A DNA stretch of 64,000 nucleotides from Octopus vulgaris (Eukaryota): contig OX597821.1 in assembly GCA_951406725.2 (NCBI GenBank), positions 39,804,001 through 39,868,000 of the forward strand. The letters are read 5' to 3'. Under the pieces are notes generated by a model that saw only the letters and a list, made by a program, of their open reading frames with translations, ran no database searches and was not told the origin of the DNA. Below are positions 11,831 to 23,934 of the stretch, piece by piece; within the stretch, counting starts at the first letter, position 1, and each line of letters begins with the position of its first letter. The translations under genes and the position numbers were made by a program.

Positions 11831-13075
11831 TAGAAATGTTGTGATGCCAATCACCATCTCCTAACATTTTCAGTGACTTCTGTTCCTCAGGTTGATCTTG
11901 TTCTCCCACCCCCATACAGGTAATCCTAATTCACTTATATCACCTCCACTTGTAGCTATAAGAGGTTCACCCATATCCCAAGAGGCTGCACTTTCCCCTT
12001 TGTTCGCTCTGTTCTTCCATTCTGCAATGTTGTCACCCTCAAATTTCCTCCTATGTTTTTTTTTTCTCCTGCTCTTATTCACTTGTAACTCTTCAAGAGA
12101 ACCATTTGTTGTATTGACTTCTCTCGTTTCACCAGAAACAATGGACATCATTGCTGCCTCTTGCTCCATGCTAAATCAAGAATATTGATGATGTTGACCA
12201 AAGTATAAAAAATGTCTTACTACGCAATAGATTAGTGAGGCACCATTTCAGGCTGCGTTTATGGAATGGTTTAAAGTTTATTACATTGAAGTGCTTCCTT
12301 GTTGTTGCTTCTAAATCTCTGGAAAAATTCGATCTCAGCCTGGCATTGACTCCAATATATCGATGAATTATACCAATCACCCACTTCTTATCATTGCAAT
12401 CAATGATAGGTAGACTAAGCCATTAAGAGATAAGTGCATTATAAAATGTGCCACACATCCTCAATAACACCAGCGCATTAACTAGTTTGCAATCAAACTG
12501 TCAAGGCCGGCCAGCAATGACTCTCTCAGGACATCATTCTTAGATGTAATTGTTGTGGCTTGAGTTTATAGGTGACATGACCAGGAAACTAATTATACTT
12601 CAATAATCTAAATTAGTTTTTTCTTAATTGTTAATAAAATGTAGACTATAGCCCCTCAGGAATTTATTATGAATTTTAAAATAACTGTGTGTTTATTTAA
12701 TTATAATTTATATAAATAAATTATTGTTGTTATTTTATATATTCAGGTGATAGCATCTGTTTCTGTGCAACTCAAAGATGGGAATCTCAGACTTCATGTG
12801 CAAAATTAAAGACAGCATCCTTTGCTTTTGTGTCTATTTCACCCAAGTGGGAGACACGAGGTAGACAGGGATATTATTAAAGTAGTGCTTTGCAGCCCAA
12901 ATGCCCTTCCTGCATTAACCATTAGCAGTTTTTTTAAGAAATGGATCTCATATTTCTCACATCTTTGAAAGCACAAAGCCAGGAGACAGTTTGTTGAGAA
13001 GGAGAATGACAACAATGCCACCAGTTCAGTGATTTTGGAGGAGTCACTGATTTATGCAAATGTGCATACACACAC

Positions 13076-13140
13076 ATATGCACATATGCATGCGTGCACA
13101 TATGCACATATGCATGCGTGCACATATGCACATATGCATG
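13076..13140. repeat. 24 bp purine-pyrimidine alternating tandem repeat
   Basis: (tatgcacatatgcatgcgtgcaca) repeated about 2.7 times. Confidence 0.9.
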
Positions 13141-13179
13141 AGCTTCTTGAACAGAAGTGAGTATGAGGAGGAGGAGTCA

Positions 13180-14920
13180 ATCTGAATCTCAAAGAATTAC
13201 AGAGTTGATAGAAGAGTGATCTGAGAGGGCACCATTTGCATATGCCAAAATGTGATATAATGAAAACACCAATCCCATGAAATAAGAGAAAAGAAAAGCA
13301 ACAAGTTGGTTGTCTTCCTGGGAGATACAGGGGACAGTTATAGCTAGATTGTTTGATGATATTGAAGGCATGAAAATCGTTATCACAAAATTTCTTGAGT
13401 GGGAGAAACCAATTCTGAGATATATATTAGAATGAGTTTCCAGCAGATGTGGCTTTGTAGAAACTGCATTGGGCAGAGAGATTCAAGGGGATAAAGGCAT
13501 TATTAAGGGTTGCTTTCTTCATCTTTGAGATGTTGGGAGGGTCAGAATAGGAAGGGTCAGAATGCATGTTTCTGAAGATCGGAACAGAAACCTGGACAGA
13601 GAGAGAGAGTGGAGTGAAGGGTGTAGCTCTTTGGCACAACATTAAAAGATAACAGAAGAGATATTGTCAGGCTTCAAGTGGCTGGAGATGCTTTCTAACT
13701 CAGTGTGTAGGTTTATACATGAGCTGAGTTGAGAAGAAATGGATAATCTTTGAGAATATGTGGGCCAATTTCGATGTAAAGCTAGAAATAAGTATGGAAA
13801 CCTTCAGTCAAGGGTACCATCATTTTTGCAAAATGATGGAAAGGCAGATATCATAAAGCTGTTAGAAATACTTGCAGTGGGTGTGTTGTAATGAAAATGG
13901 TACTCCCCTTCCCACATGACAAAGTGGTATGTGACAGCCACTATAAAGTAAGACAGTCTGTTGTTGTAGGAGGTCAGTAGTAGTAGTAGAATCATTGTAT
14001 GCATTCTCAGCTGGAGTCAGTGTCAGTTACAGGTCATATAGCAGTTCAAATTACTGTCAAGGTTGACGTTTCAATGTGGAGCTATCAGCGATAGCATGAT
14101 AGACGAGTCAAAAATAAGATGTAAAATATTGCCACAACATAATAGTGGTGACAAGAATATTACAGTGCCAACAATAGCATACAAGTGGACAGCGATCCAT
14201 TTACAATATAACAATTACAATAAGATTTTGATGGAGGCTTTTAATTAGATTATTTTAATCCTTTAACATCCAGATTTCTCTGTCAAATGTAATGCATATT
14301 TATTCATATTGTTTTGAATTAATCGTGCATTTTCTTGTAGCTTCTACATTTTGATAATGCGATTGTTTATTTTTAGAATAACAATGTAGGGTAGGTATGA
14401 GAGGCTGGATCTGGCTGTCTCATACCACTTTGTTACGTAGGAATGGGAGTACCATTTTGCTAGATTGGCAAATATGTAAATGGTGTGATGTTCAGAAGCA
14501 TTTTTTGCGCTTTGGATTAATGGCCTGCAGGACTTGCTGTTTTGGATAAAAAGTGTTCGTTTTGTAAGGAAGACAGATTTACTCCAAACATTGAGGCCAT
14601 GTTCTTTGCTTGACCTGAAGCAGCTATGACCGGTGGTGATTAAAAGGGAGAGGTATTCAAGAGGAGAGGAAAATTGTTGATGGCTGTTTCCATCGTCTTT
14701 GTGATGAAACTCAATCAAGAGTGAGGGCAATAGGATGATTGGGGAACAGTCAGAGGGATTGTTTTCACTGGAAATTGGGCCTTCTGTAACGCCTACTGAG
14801 TGGGTTAAAGGTTGTGGAATTTGGTTTGTGAGATGTAGAGAAACATGCCCAGGAGAATGTTTTTGGCCACTCATCAAGCTCTCCCTGGTTGGTCAGTGGT
14901 AAAGCAGATGTTCTGTCAAT
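13180..14920 (-). mobile_element. Old CR1/Jockey-like LINE ORF2 remnant, interrupted by a MITE fragment
   Basis: Decayed RT-like blocks (ASISNSF, equivalent to LDISKAFD; SFYKA; C-terminal LFSYF.G) on the minus strand, with a purine-rich plus strand. Confidence 0.55.
14255..14415 (+). mobile_element. piggyBac-type MITE family 1, 3'-truncated
   Basis: Matches 22920-23080 (ttaatcctttaacat...gtagggtaggtatgagaggctggatctggc). Confidence 0.75.
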
Positions 14921-14968
14921 GTGAGACCGACACAAATAAATTTCTGATCAATCAATTGGTCTGAAGTA

Positions 14969-15202
14969 CCTATTTCTTTACTGCCCACAAGGGGCTAAAC
15001 ATAGAGGGGACAAACAAGGACAAACAAAGGTATCAAGTCAATTACATCGACCCCAGTGCATAACTGGTACTTAATTTATCGACCCCAAAGGGTGAAAGGC
15101 AAAGTCGACCTCAGCGGAATTTGAACTCAGAATTTAATGGCAGATGAAATACCGCTAAGCATTTCGCCCAGTGTGCTAACTTTTCTGCCAGCTCGCCGCC
15201 TT
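14969..15202 (-). mobile_element. SINE family A, full length with TSD
   Basis: Reverse complement of the 5572 copy. TSD aattggtctgaagta at 14954-14968 and 15210-15224. Confidence 0.92.
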
Positions 15203-15224
15203 CCAATTGAATTGGTCTGAAGTA

Positions 15225-15338
15225 TCACATGGTCAGAGAGATAGAGAGTGTCATATGGTGAGAATAGCAGAGAGTGCCACACGGTCAGAAAAGTAAAGAG
15301 TGTCATGTGGTTACAGTGGAAGAGAGTGCCACATGGTC
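15225..15338. repeat. 26 bp diverged minisatellite, about 4.4 units
   Basis: Unit YCACATGGTCAGA....AGAGAGTG. Confidence 0.8.
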
Positions 15339-15651
15339 TGCGAACATGTGGTGGTTAGATGTGATAGCCTCATGGATGATGAGAGAAGTCTGAGCAAACT
15401 AATGGAAGCCAATGTTGGTATGTATCATTCCAGAACATTGTGGTAATGTTGATGTGTTTGAACAAGGAGAAATATTTGATATTCTAAGTTGCATTCTTCA
15501 CCGAATGAAAGCAACATCAGCTTACTCAGGTATAAAATATGTATCAATGAGATTGAAGTGACATTCACACGAATATATCATGTTAACTCCAGGAAATTAT
15601 GGCTACAACACATGAATCTGCAAACCCATTGTATGGAACAAGGAAAATGAC

Positions 15652-15702
15652 ATATATATATATATATATATGTAGATATAGATATGTATGTATGTATGTA
15701 TG

Positions 15703-15744
<42 letters not shown>

Positions 15745-15767
15745 ATATATAAATTTATATATATTTA

Positions 15768-15801
<34 letters not shown>

Positions 15802-15811
15802 TATATATATA

Positions 15812-15862
<51 letters not shown>

Positions 15863-15915
15863 GTATGTATGGGGAGAGAGAGAGAGAGGGAGACAGACAG
15901 ATAGATAGACAGACA
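15652..15915. repeat. Compound (TA)/(TATG)/(GA)/(GACA) microsatellite
   Basis: Direct reading. Confidence 0.97.
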
Positions 15916-16994
15916 GGCAGATGTATGTATATATCACACAAATGCATGCATTCGCATGCACAGGCTCACACACGGACACACATACACATATATACACATG
16001 CATATATATTTAGCTAGATAGATAGAAAGAAAGAGAGAGGGAGAGAGGGGGGGAGGAGATGTGTGTATATGTTTGTGTATATTTATATATAATTGAAGAA
16101 ATGTATTTATATGCTCATGTTTTGATTTTCAGCATTGTCAAATTTGATGTAATAACGTGAAGTAATAACACATACTACAGAGATTTGTTAGATTTCTTTA
16201 GAAACTACTTGAAAATTGTGGGAATAGTGGAATCAATTCATTGAATGTAGCTGTAGGCATTTGAAAATTTCTGTCAGAAAATTGCCTTCATTCTCTGAAT
16301 AAATGCTCAGATATATATTTTTTAAAGTTTCTTCAGAATTGCATTTGGTAAATGTTGGCTTAGAATCTAAGTTTCTCTTTATATCATATATTTTTTAAGC
16401 TATTTTAATATACAGAATTGAATACATTATGATTTTTTAAAATGATTTTTAACTTCTATTTCTTAACTCTAATTTGGATTCTTACAACTTACTTCCATAG
16501 AGAAGAGAAAAAGAAATGCTTTTTTTTTCTAATTTATTTTCTATATTTTGAAAAGATAGTGAGTCAAGAGAATTGTTGTAAAAGATTATCCCAGCATATT
16601 TAATGCATTCATAAGTTTTTGACTCTGTTCGTCTTTTGAGGAACTCCCTAAAGACTAGCTGTCTGTGGTGTTGTTTAAAAGAACATTCATTTTTTAATAG
16701 CTACTGTTGTGGCATAGTATAAACACAGATGATTTCATCACAAAACTTCAGAAGAATTTCAATTTGTTACTATGATTCTGTAGTTTTATTCTTTACTGGA
16801 GTAGTTAAAGTATCAAACAACCAACTAGCTACAAAGGCATAGCGAGTTCAGTTCACTTCAGGGTTGTTATTTATTTACTTTTTCAAAAATGTATTGACTG
16901 TATAAAGTGCTGCCATCTGTAAGAGCAGTTGATGTAGAAAGCCATCCTGTTTATGCCATATTGGAAATACATGTCAGAGTGGAATGCACCTCTC

Positions 16995-17410
16995 TCTCTT
17001 TTACTCTTTTACTCTTTTACTTGTTTCAGTCATTTGACTGCGGCCATGCTGGAGCACTGCCTTAAATCGAGCAACTCGACCCCGGGACTTATTCTTTGTA
17101 AGCCCAGTACTTATTCTATTGGTCTCTTATGCCGAACCGCTAAGTGACGGGGACGTAAACACACCAGCATCGGTTGCCAAGCAATGCTAGGGGGACAAAC
17201 ACAGACACACAAACATACATGCACACACATATATATATACATATATACGACGGGCTTCTTTTAGTTTCCGTCTACCAAATCCACTCACAAGGCTTTGATC
17301 GGCCCGAGGCTATAGTAGAAGACATTGCCCAAGATGCCATGCAGTGGGACTGAACCCGGAACCATGTGGTTGGTAAGCAAGCTACTTACCACACAGCCAC
17401 TCCTGCGCCT
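16995..17410 (-). mobile_element. SINE family B, full length
   Basis: Reverse complement of the 4930 copy, with head aggcgcaggagtggctgtgtggtaag and core ccttgggcaa-like. Confidence 0.9.
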
Positions 17411-17509
17411 GTCTGTAAGAAATGATTCTTATCATGGAATTAGCCATTACAAGCTTCATTTCTTTGATAGTTTCATTCTTTTCATTGAATTCAATATGAA
17501 AATATTGAT

Positions 17510-17737
17510 TTCAAATTTTGGCACAAGGCCAGCAATTGCAAGGGAGGGGTAGGTTGATTACATCGACTTCAGTACTCAAGTGGTACTTTATTTATCACCA
17601 CCACCACAAAAAAAAAAAAAAAGGATGGAAGGAAGGCAAAGTTGACCTTAGCTGAATCTGAACTTGGAACATAGACAAGTGAAATGTCTCAAAGCATTTT
17701 GCTTGCCATGCTAAGGATTCTGCCAGCTTGCTGCCTT
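17510..17737 (-). mobile_element. SINE family A, degenerate
   Basis: aaggcaaagttgacctt..ctgaacttggaac..aagcattt..gctaaggattctgccagcttgctgcc. Confidence 0.75.
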
Positions 17738-17790
17738 TTCCCACAGTAAAATATAAAAAGCTGAAAAGATGACTTAGACCGTGTCTTTAA

Positions 17791-18015
17791 CTCTCTCTTT
17801 TACTCTTTTACTTGTTTTAGTCACTTGACTGTGGCCATGCTGGAGCACCACCTTTAGTCGAGCAAATCGACCCCAGGACTTATTCTTTGTAAGCCTAGTA
17901 CTTATTCTATCAGTCTCTTTTGCCAAACTGCTAAGTTACGGGGACGTTAACACACCAGCATCGGTTGTCAAGCGATGTTGGGGGGACAAACACAGGCACA
18001 CAAACATATACACAC

Positions 18016-18062
<47 letters not shown>

Positions 18063-18232
18063 CATATATACGACGGGCTTCTTTCAGTTTCCGTCTTCCA
18101 AATCCACTCACAGGGCTTTGGTGGGCCTGAGGTTATAGTAGAAGACACTTGCCCAAGGTGCCACGCAGTGGGACTGAACCCAGAACCGTGTTGTTGGTAA
18201 GCAAGCTACTTACTGCACAGCCACTTCTATAC
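17791..18232 (-). mobile_element. SINE family B, full length
   Basis: Near-identical to 16995-17410 and 40323-40716, with an internal (TA)n. Confidence 0.9.
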
Positions 18233-18501
18233 CTGAGAATTCTTTTTCTTCATTTTAATGTATAATCCTTATTGGATCAAATAATAAATACATGATGAAT
18301 GTTTTAAAAGTCTCCTTCAGCTGATTTAAGAATTATTAACAAATGCTGTATGTCTCCCAGTGAACCAATCATTACAAATCAATTTTATTATCCCTACCAT
18401 TTACATTATTACTATCATTGTCTTCCCCATCAGTATGTTGTACCAATAACAAGTAGATCATCTGGAATAGTTCCATGGTGGTTTGAACTCTAAGAGTCTG
18501 T

Positions 18502-18727
18502 TAGCTGGCAGACACGTTAGCGCGCCGGGCGAAATGCTTAGCGCTATTTTGTCTGTCGTTACGTTCTGAGTTCAAATTCCGCCGAGGTCAACTTTGCCTT
18601 TCATCCTTTCGGGGTCGATAAATAACGTACCAGTTTCGCACTGGGGACGATATAATCGACTCAATCCCTTCGTCTGTCCTTGTTTGTCCCCTCTATGTTT
18701 AGCCCCTTCTGGGCAGTAAAGAAATAT
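18502..18727 (+). mobile_element. SINE family A
   Basis: agctggcagacacgttagc...gagttcaaattcc...gcctttcatcctttcggggtcgataaa...gtaaagaaata. Confidence 0.9.
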
Positions 18728-19352
18728 ATATGTACTCTCTGTAAACATGACTACCTCTCCTTATTTCATCTCTGAAACTTATTTTATTTTCTAATCAGGG
18801 CTGAGTACAAATGAATTACTATGCTCATACAAACTGTGAGAATCAAATGAATGATGTGTACTTCCATTCTTAAAATATAATGGCAGATTTGAACGTGAAT
18901 CTGGGTTTTTTGTTGTTGAATTTCATCTCCAAGAATAACTTCAGTCTTTTGATGATGCGTGTAAACAAAACATTTCATGTGATGTCAATAAACTATCAGA
19001 CACTCATGTTTCTGAATGGTTGAATCTCCTCAGTGATGGACTCAATCTGGTCCTTTGCAGACATTAGTCATTGACATCCTTCACTCTCTTTTTTCTCTGT
19101 CTCTGTCTCTGTCTGTCTGTCTGTCTCTCATTACCCAGCTATCCATCACTTGATCTCTCCCTCTCTTTCACTAATAAGAATATGGCAGACATTACTCTCT
19201 CTCTCTCTCTCTTTATTATTTCCCACAACCCTACTACTTTTCCTTCACTCCCTCCACTCCCTTTGAATTACAGATGCAACTCAATTTTGCCAGCTGAGTG
19301 GACTGAAGCAATCTTAAATAAGTGTCTTGCTCAAGGCCACAACACACCACCA

Positions 19353-19643
19353 GGATTATTTACATTATTTACATTTGACAGATATTTGTCCTCATCTTGT
19401 TTGTTTTTAACACATTTCGGCTGATATACCCTCCAGCCTTCATCAGGTGTCTTGGGAAAATTTCAAACCTGGGTTCTCATTCCTAAGGTATTTTTTGATG
19501 TTGTTGTTGTTATTATTATTATTATTATTAGTAGTAGTAGTATTAGTATTAGTATTATTATTATTATTATTCAGGTCACTGCTGGGCATATGGCATAGTG
19601 GTTAAGAGCATGGGCTACTAACCCCATGATTCCGAGTTCAATT

Positions 19644-19687
<44 letters not shown>

Positions 19688-19823
19688 TGGAGAAATACCT
19701 TAGGAATGAGAACCCAGGTTTGAAATTACCCCAAATGTTGTGTTAACAACAAACAAGATGAGGATAAATATCCGTCAATTGTAAATAATGTACATAATTC
19801 CTCATCACTTAAATATAGAACTG
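19353..19823 (+). mobile_element. tRNA-headed element with hammerhead-bearing tail and a 5' inverted copy of the tail
   Basis: A-box TGGCATAGTGG at 19591-19601 and B-box GAGTTCAATTCC at 19634-19645. Arms of about 19361-19575 and 19644-19792 are reverse complements. Flanked by a duplicated acaccacca inside an older SINE-like sequence. Confidence 0.75.
19410..19450 (-). ncRNA. Minimal hammerhead (C3:G8) with 3 nt deletion in stem III
   Basis: Minus strand ACAC-CTGATGA-A-GGCTG(gagggtatat)CAGCC-GAAA-T-GTGT. The missing bases survive in the other arm (aaatgttgtgt, 19733-19743). Confidence 0.65.
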
Positions 19824-20078
19824 TACACCACCAAGAATCAAACTCGCAACCACTAAGCAACTAAGTGTGTATATGTGTGTGTATGTTGTGTGTAGCAGTA
19901 ACCATGTCAAAGCTGATACTAGTGTATGATGTAGTCCCTGGAACCAATGGATCCTGTCAAACCATCCAATTCATGCCAACACAGAACATCGACGTTAAAT
20001 GATAATGATGATATGCTTATATGAGTGTGCGTGTGTGTATTCATACATATATGTATGTATATAGTTGTAGTCACTACC

Positions 20079-20235
<157 letters not shown>

Positions 20236-21229
20236 TACTTTTTGTCTGCACTTTGTCTGAGTACTCTTTGTGATTTTATATTTTGTTTTAATATTCTCTA
20301 ATAATCTTCATGATTTTCGTTGATGCGTTCTAACTAAAATATCAGGATTAGACTTATCTTTTGCCAATTTAAGTTTTTCATCATAGATTGGTACATAACT
20401 TGTATGTTGCCAACAATTTGCTGGCAAGGAACCAACGGAACCAAGTAGTTTGATGCAGTGTTCTTACAGAAGACATTCAGAAAATATAACAACTGAAATA
20501 CTATGGAAATAAAAAAGACAAAATATAAATTTAATAACGACATTGAATATCATCGCATTTTATTTCTTACAGAAAATATTTAGCTGATTACATTACATTC
20601 ATTGTATTGATATTGTCTTCAATGCCAATAACTCATTGTTTTATTGCCATAATCTTACCGAATCACTTTGCATTATTGAAATAAGCAGATGTATAACCTA
20701 AATAAAGAAAAGCAATAAACAAAAAAAAATACTAGACAAAAAAAAACCTGATTCTTGAAATTGAATCCTGTAGACTGTTCAGTTCTTACCTCATTCTGTT
20801 TCTAGATTAAATAAGAATGGTGCGTCTCCTGAAAGATAGATCAGAGAAACCTTTCTAGGAATCGTTTAGCAAGCTGTTTTTTCACTGTTGCAATTTCAAT
20901 GGAATTTGGTATCATAGCATTCTTGGGAAAGTCACTTAGGAAAAAGGAATTTTGATGAAAAGAAAAGAAATAAATCGGTGATTGTTGTATTTCCTCAGCT
21001 TGATCCAACGATGTGATTCTTAAATGGTAATATTATAATGTCTGCATGTTTTAAACTTCCTTTTATGTCTCTGCGGCACTTACAGGAAGGAAGTTCTACA
21101 ATGATAGGGATGCTCACATATAGGTTAGTTGACATTAATATTGGTCAGGAACTAAATAACATTCTTTGGACTTAGTGCACAAGGAATGAAGATTAAATAC
21201 GCATCTTTCTGCAGCTCTTCCATCAATAA

Positions 21230-21805
21230 TAACCTCATCGTCATAATCAATAACTATGATGATGATGCTGATGATGATGGCAATGACCATCATCTCTGCC
21301 ATACTAATCATCATTATGGTCATTGTTGAGGTCACTATTGGTATTTTACCATCATAATCAGCATTCCCATCAGTACGGCTAACATCATTACAATGTTCCT
21401 CCTCCCTTTTATCATAGATATCATGGTCATCGTTATCGTCATCATCATCATCGTCATCATCATCATCGTCATCATCACCACTACCATCATCATCAACATC
21501 ATTACCATCCGTAATCATCATCTCCATCATCATGATGGTGACAAACATCATCATCGTTATCATTTTCATTATCAGCATCACCACCACCACCACCATCATC
21601 CTCATCCTAAACTTCTTCTTCTTTATACCATCACCATCACCACCACCATCATCATCATTATCATCAACTTCTTCTTCTTTATACCATCATCACCACCACC
21701 ACCATTATTATCATCATCATCATCATCAACTTCTTCTTCTTCTTCTTTATAGCATCACCATCACCACCACCATCATCTTCTTCAGGATCCTCCTCCTCAT
21801 CATTG
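21230..21805. repeat. Degenerate (CAT)/(CAC)/(CTT)n tract with higher-order units
   Basis: The unit aacttcttcttctttata.catcacca... recurs three times in 21610-21780. Confidence 0.92.
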
Positions 21806-22241
21806 CTTCTGATATGAATGGATGCATAATTCTTTGCATAGAAAAGACAAAAAGAAAGTTTTAATATCTCCACCACACTTGTCTATGGATATGAAGTATG
21901 GCATTTTAGGTGCAATTATGTAAGTTTAGAAACAGTAAGTGAACAGAAAAAAAAAATTCATTAAATTTTTTATATGTGGAAATGTTGCAGCCATAGAGAA
22001 ACATAAATAATAATTTCTTTTCCATTATCTCCCAGAGATTAAAGGAACTCTGTTGCAATATCCTCCAAAGAATGATGTATTTATTAAATAATTTCTCACA
22101 GAATACACTTGTCATGAAAAATTTTGAAAAGTTGGTTCATGTCATTTTTTTTTTTTTTTGAATAATGACTTAACCACATATCTCTTTATGTGTGGGATTA
22201 ATTCGAAAGTGGATAAACAAAAGATCTGACAATGGAAAAAG

Positions 22242-22244
<3 letters not shown>

Positions 22245-22312
<68 letters not shown>
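22245..22312. repeat. (GA)n microsatellite
   Basis: Direct reading. Confidence 0.99.
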
Positions 22313-22315
<3 letters not shown>

Positions 22316-22919
22316 GAGTGGGGAGGGAGCAGAAAGAAAAGGAGAGAAAAATAGGGGTGGAAAATGAAAATTTGGTGGAATTACAACAATGCAAACCTTT
22401 CTTTACACAAAATATTAAACTTATTGTGTTGTTGTTGTTGATGATGATGATGACGACGACGATGATGGTGATGATGACAAAGATGATAATGGCGGTGGTG
22501 ATGTCAGGATGGTGATAGCAGCGAGTACACCATTTTTCAAAGAAATTCCTTCTCCCGTTTTAACAGTTGTCTCAAAAAATCATCAACTGATCTAACCTGA
22601 CCAGTTTAGGACAGCTTTTGAAATTCACAAATTCCTCATCTTTCCTTAAATAAAATACTGTTTTCATTCTTTTCTTTGTGAATCAAACCATAATCTTCAT
22701 TTAGAACAAAGTCATTAATATGTTCTGATACAAAATCAAGTAATCCCTCAACTCTCATACATTGTTTTAATAATACCCTGACTAAAGGCCCATCGGAATA
22801 TTTAAGCCATGGTTTTGTAAGAAATAGTGGAGAATTTGTCAGTGCCAGGAATGGTATAGATGGATTTAATATTGGCTTCTCTGTATAGAAAATATTTGTA
22901 ACGTACTAAAATATTTTAA

Positions 22920-23141
22920 CCCTTTAGCATTCAGATTAATCTGTCAAATATAATACTTATTTAGTCACATTACTTTGAATTAATACTGCTTTATTTCATA
23001 GCTTTGAGATTCTGAATATATATAACTGTTCATTTTCAGAATGTCATTGTAGGGTAGGTGTGAGAGGCTGGATTTGGCCAATTTGAATATAAAACAGGTA
23101 GAATATTTGGGACGGATATGGCCGGTTTAAATGCTAAAGGG
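22920..23141 (+). mobile_element. piggyBac-type MITE family 1, intact
   Basis: TTAA-CCCTTTAGCATT ... AATGCTAAAGGG-TTAA: a perfect 12 bp TIR and a TTAA duplication (22916-22919, 23142-23145). Confidence 0.92.
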
Positions 23142-23189
23142 TTAAACTATATTTGTTTTATATCAGCTCTCATTAACAGCACTCTTTAA

Positions 23190-23406
23190 CCCTTTTCATA
23201 CCCACCCACCTTTGAACTAACCTTTGTTCCATGATTCAAAATTTGTTTTAAAGTGACCTAAATTTAAATCTTTCCTGAAAATGTTAATTCATATTCAAAA
23301 CACCAACATAATAATGGCAAAGTTATTTTACTAAATCGTTGGTTATTTTAAAAATTAATTGCAATGAATACATTATATTTCAATAGTAATAAAGTAATGA
23401 AACGGT
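23190..23406 (+). mobile_element. piggyBac-type MITE family 2, degenerate
   Basis: Starts TTAA-CCCTTTTCATACC. The right end is decayed (gtaatgaaacgg), and the body is shared with the 10701 and 33390 copies. Confidence 0.7.
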
Positions 23407-23422
23407 TTTAGTATATGTTGAA

Positions 23423-23620
23423 TGTGGAGGCACAATGGCCCAGTGTTTAGTGCAGCGGACTTGCAGTTGTAGGATTGCAGTTTCAATTCCCAGAATGGGC
23501 ATTGCTAATGTTTAATGAGCAAAAACACCTAAAAGCTCCACGAGGCTCCAGCGGTGGATGGTGGTGAACCCTGTTGTACCCTTCCACCACAACTTTTACT
23601 CACTTTTGCTTCCTGTTTCT
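23423..23620 (+). mobile_element. tRNA-derived SINE family D, 5' part
   Basis: tgtggaggcacaatggcccagtg..gtttcaattcccaga, the reverse complement of 36060-36242. Confidence 0.8.
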
Positions 23621-23624
23621 AAAA

Positions 23625-23755
23625 AAAGTGAGAAAGAAGAGAAAGAAAAAACACACCAATGCTGCACTGAGTGCTTCAGTTGGTCACACACCACAAGGTT
23701 CAATGGAACCTACTGAAGAAAACCTATATATGTATCATATGCATACATATGGTTG
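23625..23755 (+). mobile_element. Fragment of a PLE-like repeat ending in a half hammerhead (second copy at 28945-29040)
   Basis: About 95 bp shared with 28945-29040, ending CTA-CTGAAGA-A-AACC(hairpin)GGTT-G, then fused to a family C tail. Confidence 0.5.
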
Positions 23756-23898
23756 GTGTTAGGAAGGGCGTCCAGCTGTTGAAACCATGCCAGGTCAGAT
23801 TGGAGCCTGGTGCAGACTCCTAGCTTGCCAGCTCTCAGTCAAACCATTCAACCCGTACCAGCATGGAAAGCAGACATTAAATGATGATGATGATGATG
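23749..23898 (+). mobile_element. Family C 3' end with (GAT)n tail
   Basis: ggttggtgttaggaagggcgtccagctg...gacattaaatgatgatgat. Confidence 0.85.
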
Positions 23899-23934
23899 TT
23901 ATAAATGAAATAAGATTTGTAGAACATAATCATA

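Noticed and set aside
12300-12560. Helitron helicase remnant
   Set aside because: Only a vague resemblance to PIF1 motifs, which cannot be supported by eye.
12747-12860. Possible coding exon (acceptor, 38 open codons, weak donor)
   Set aside because: The donor gtagac is weak, no homology was recognised, and there are no partner exons.
19584-19645. tRNA gene (also the heads of SINE families A, B and D)
   Set aside because: A and B boxes are present, but there is no complete cloverleaf or acceptor stem and the sequence runs into repeat bodies.
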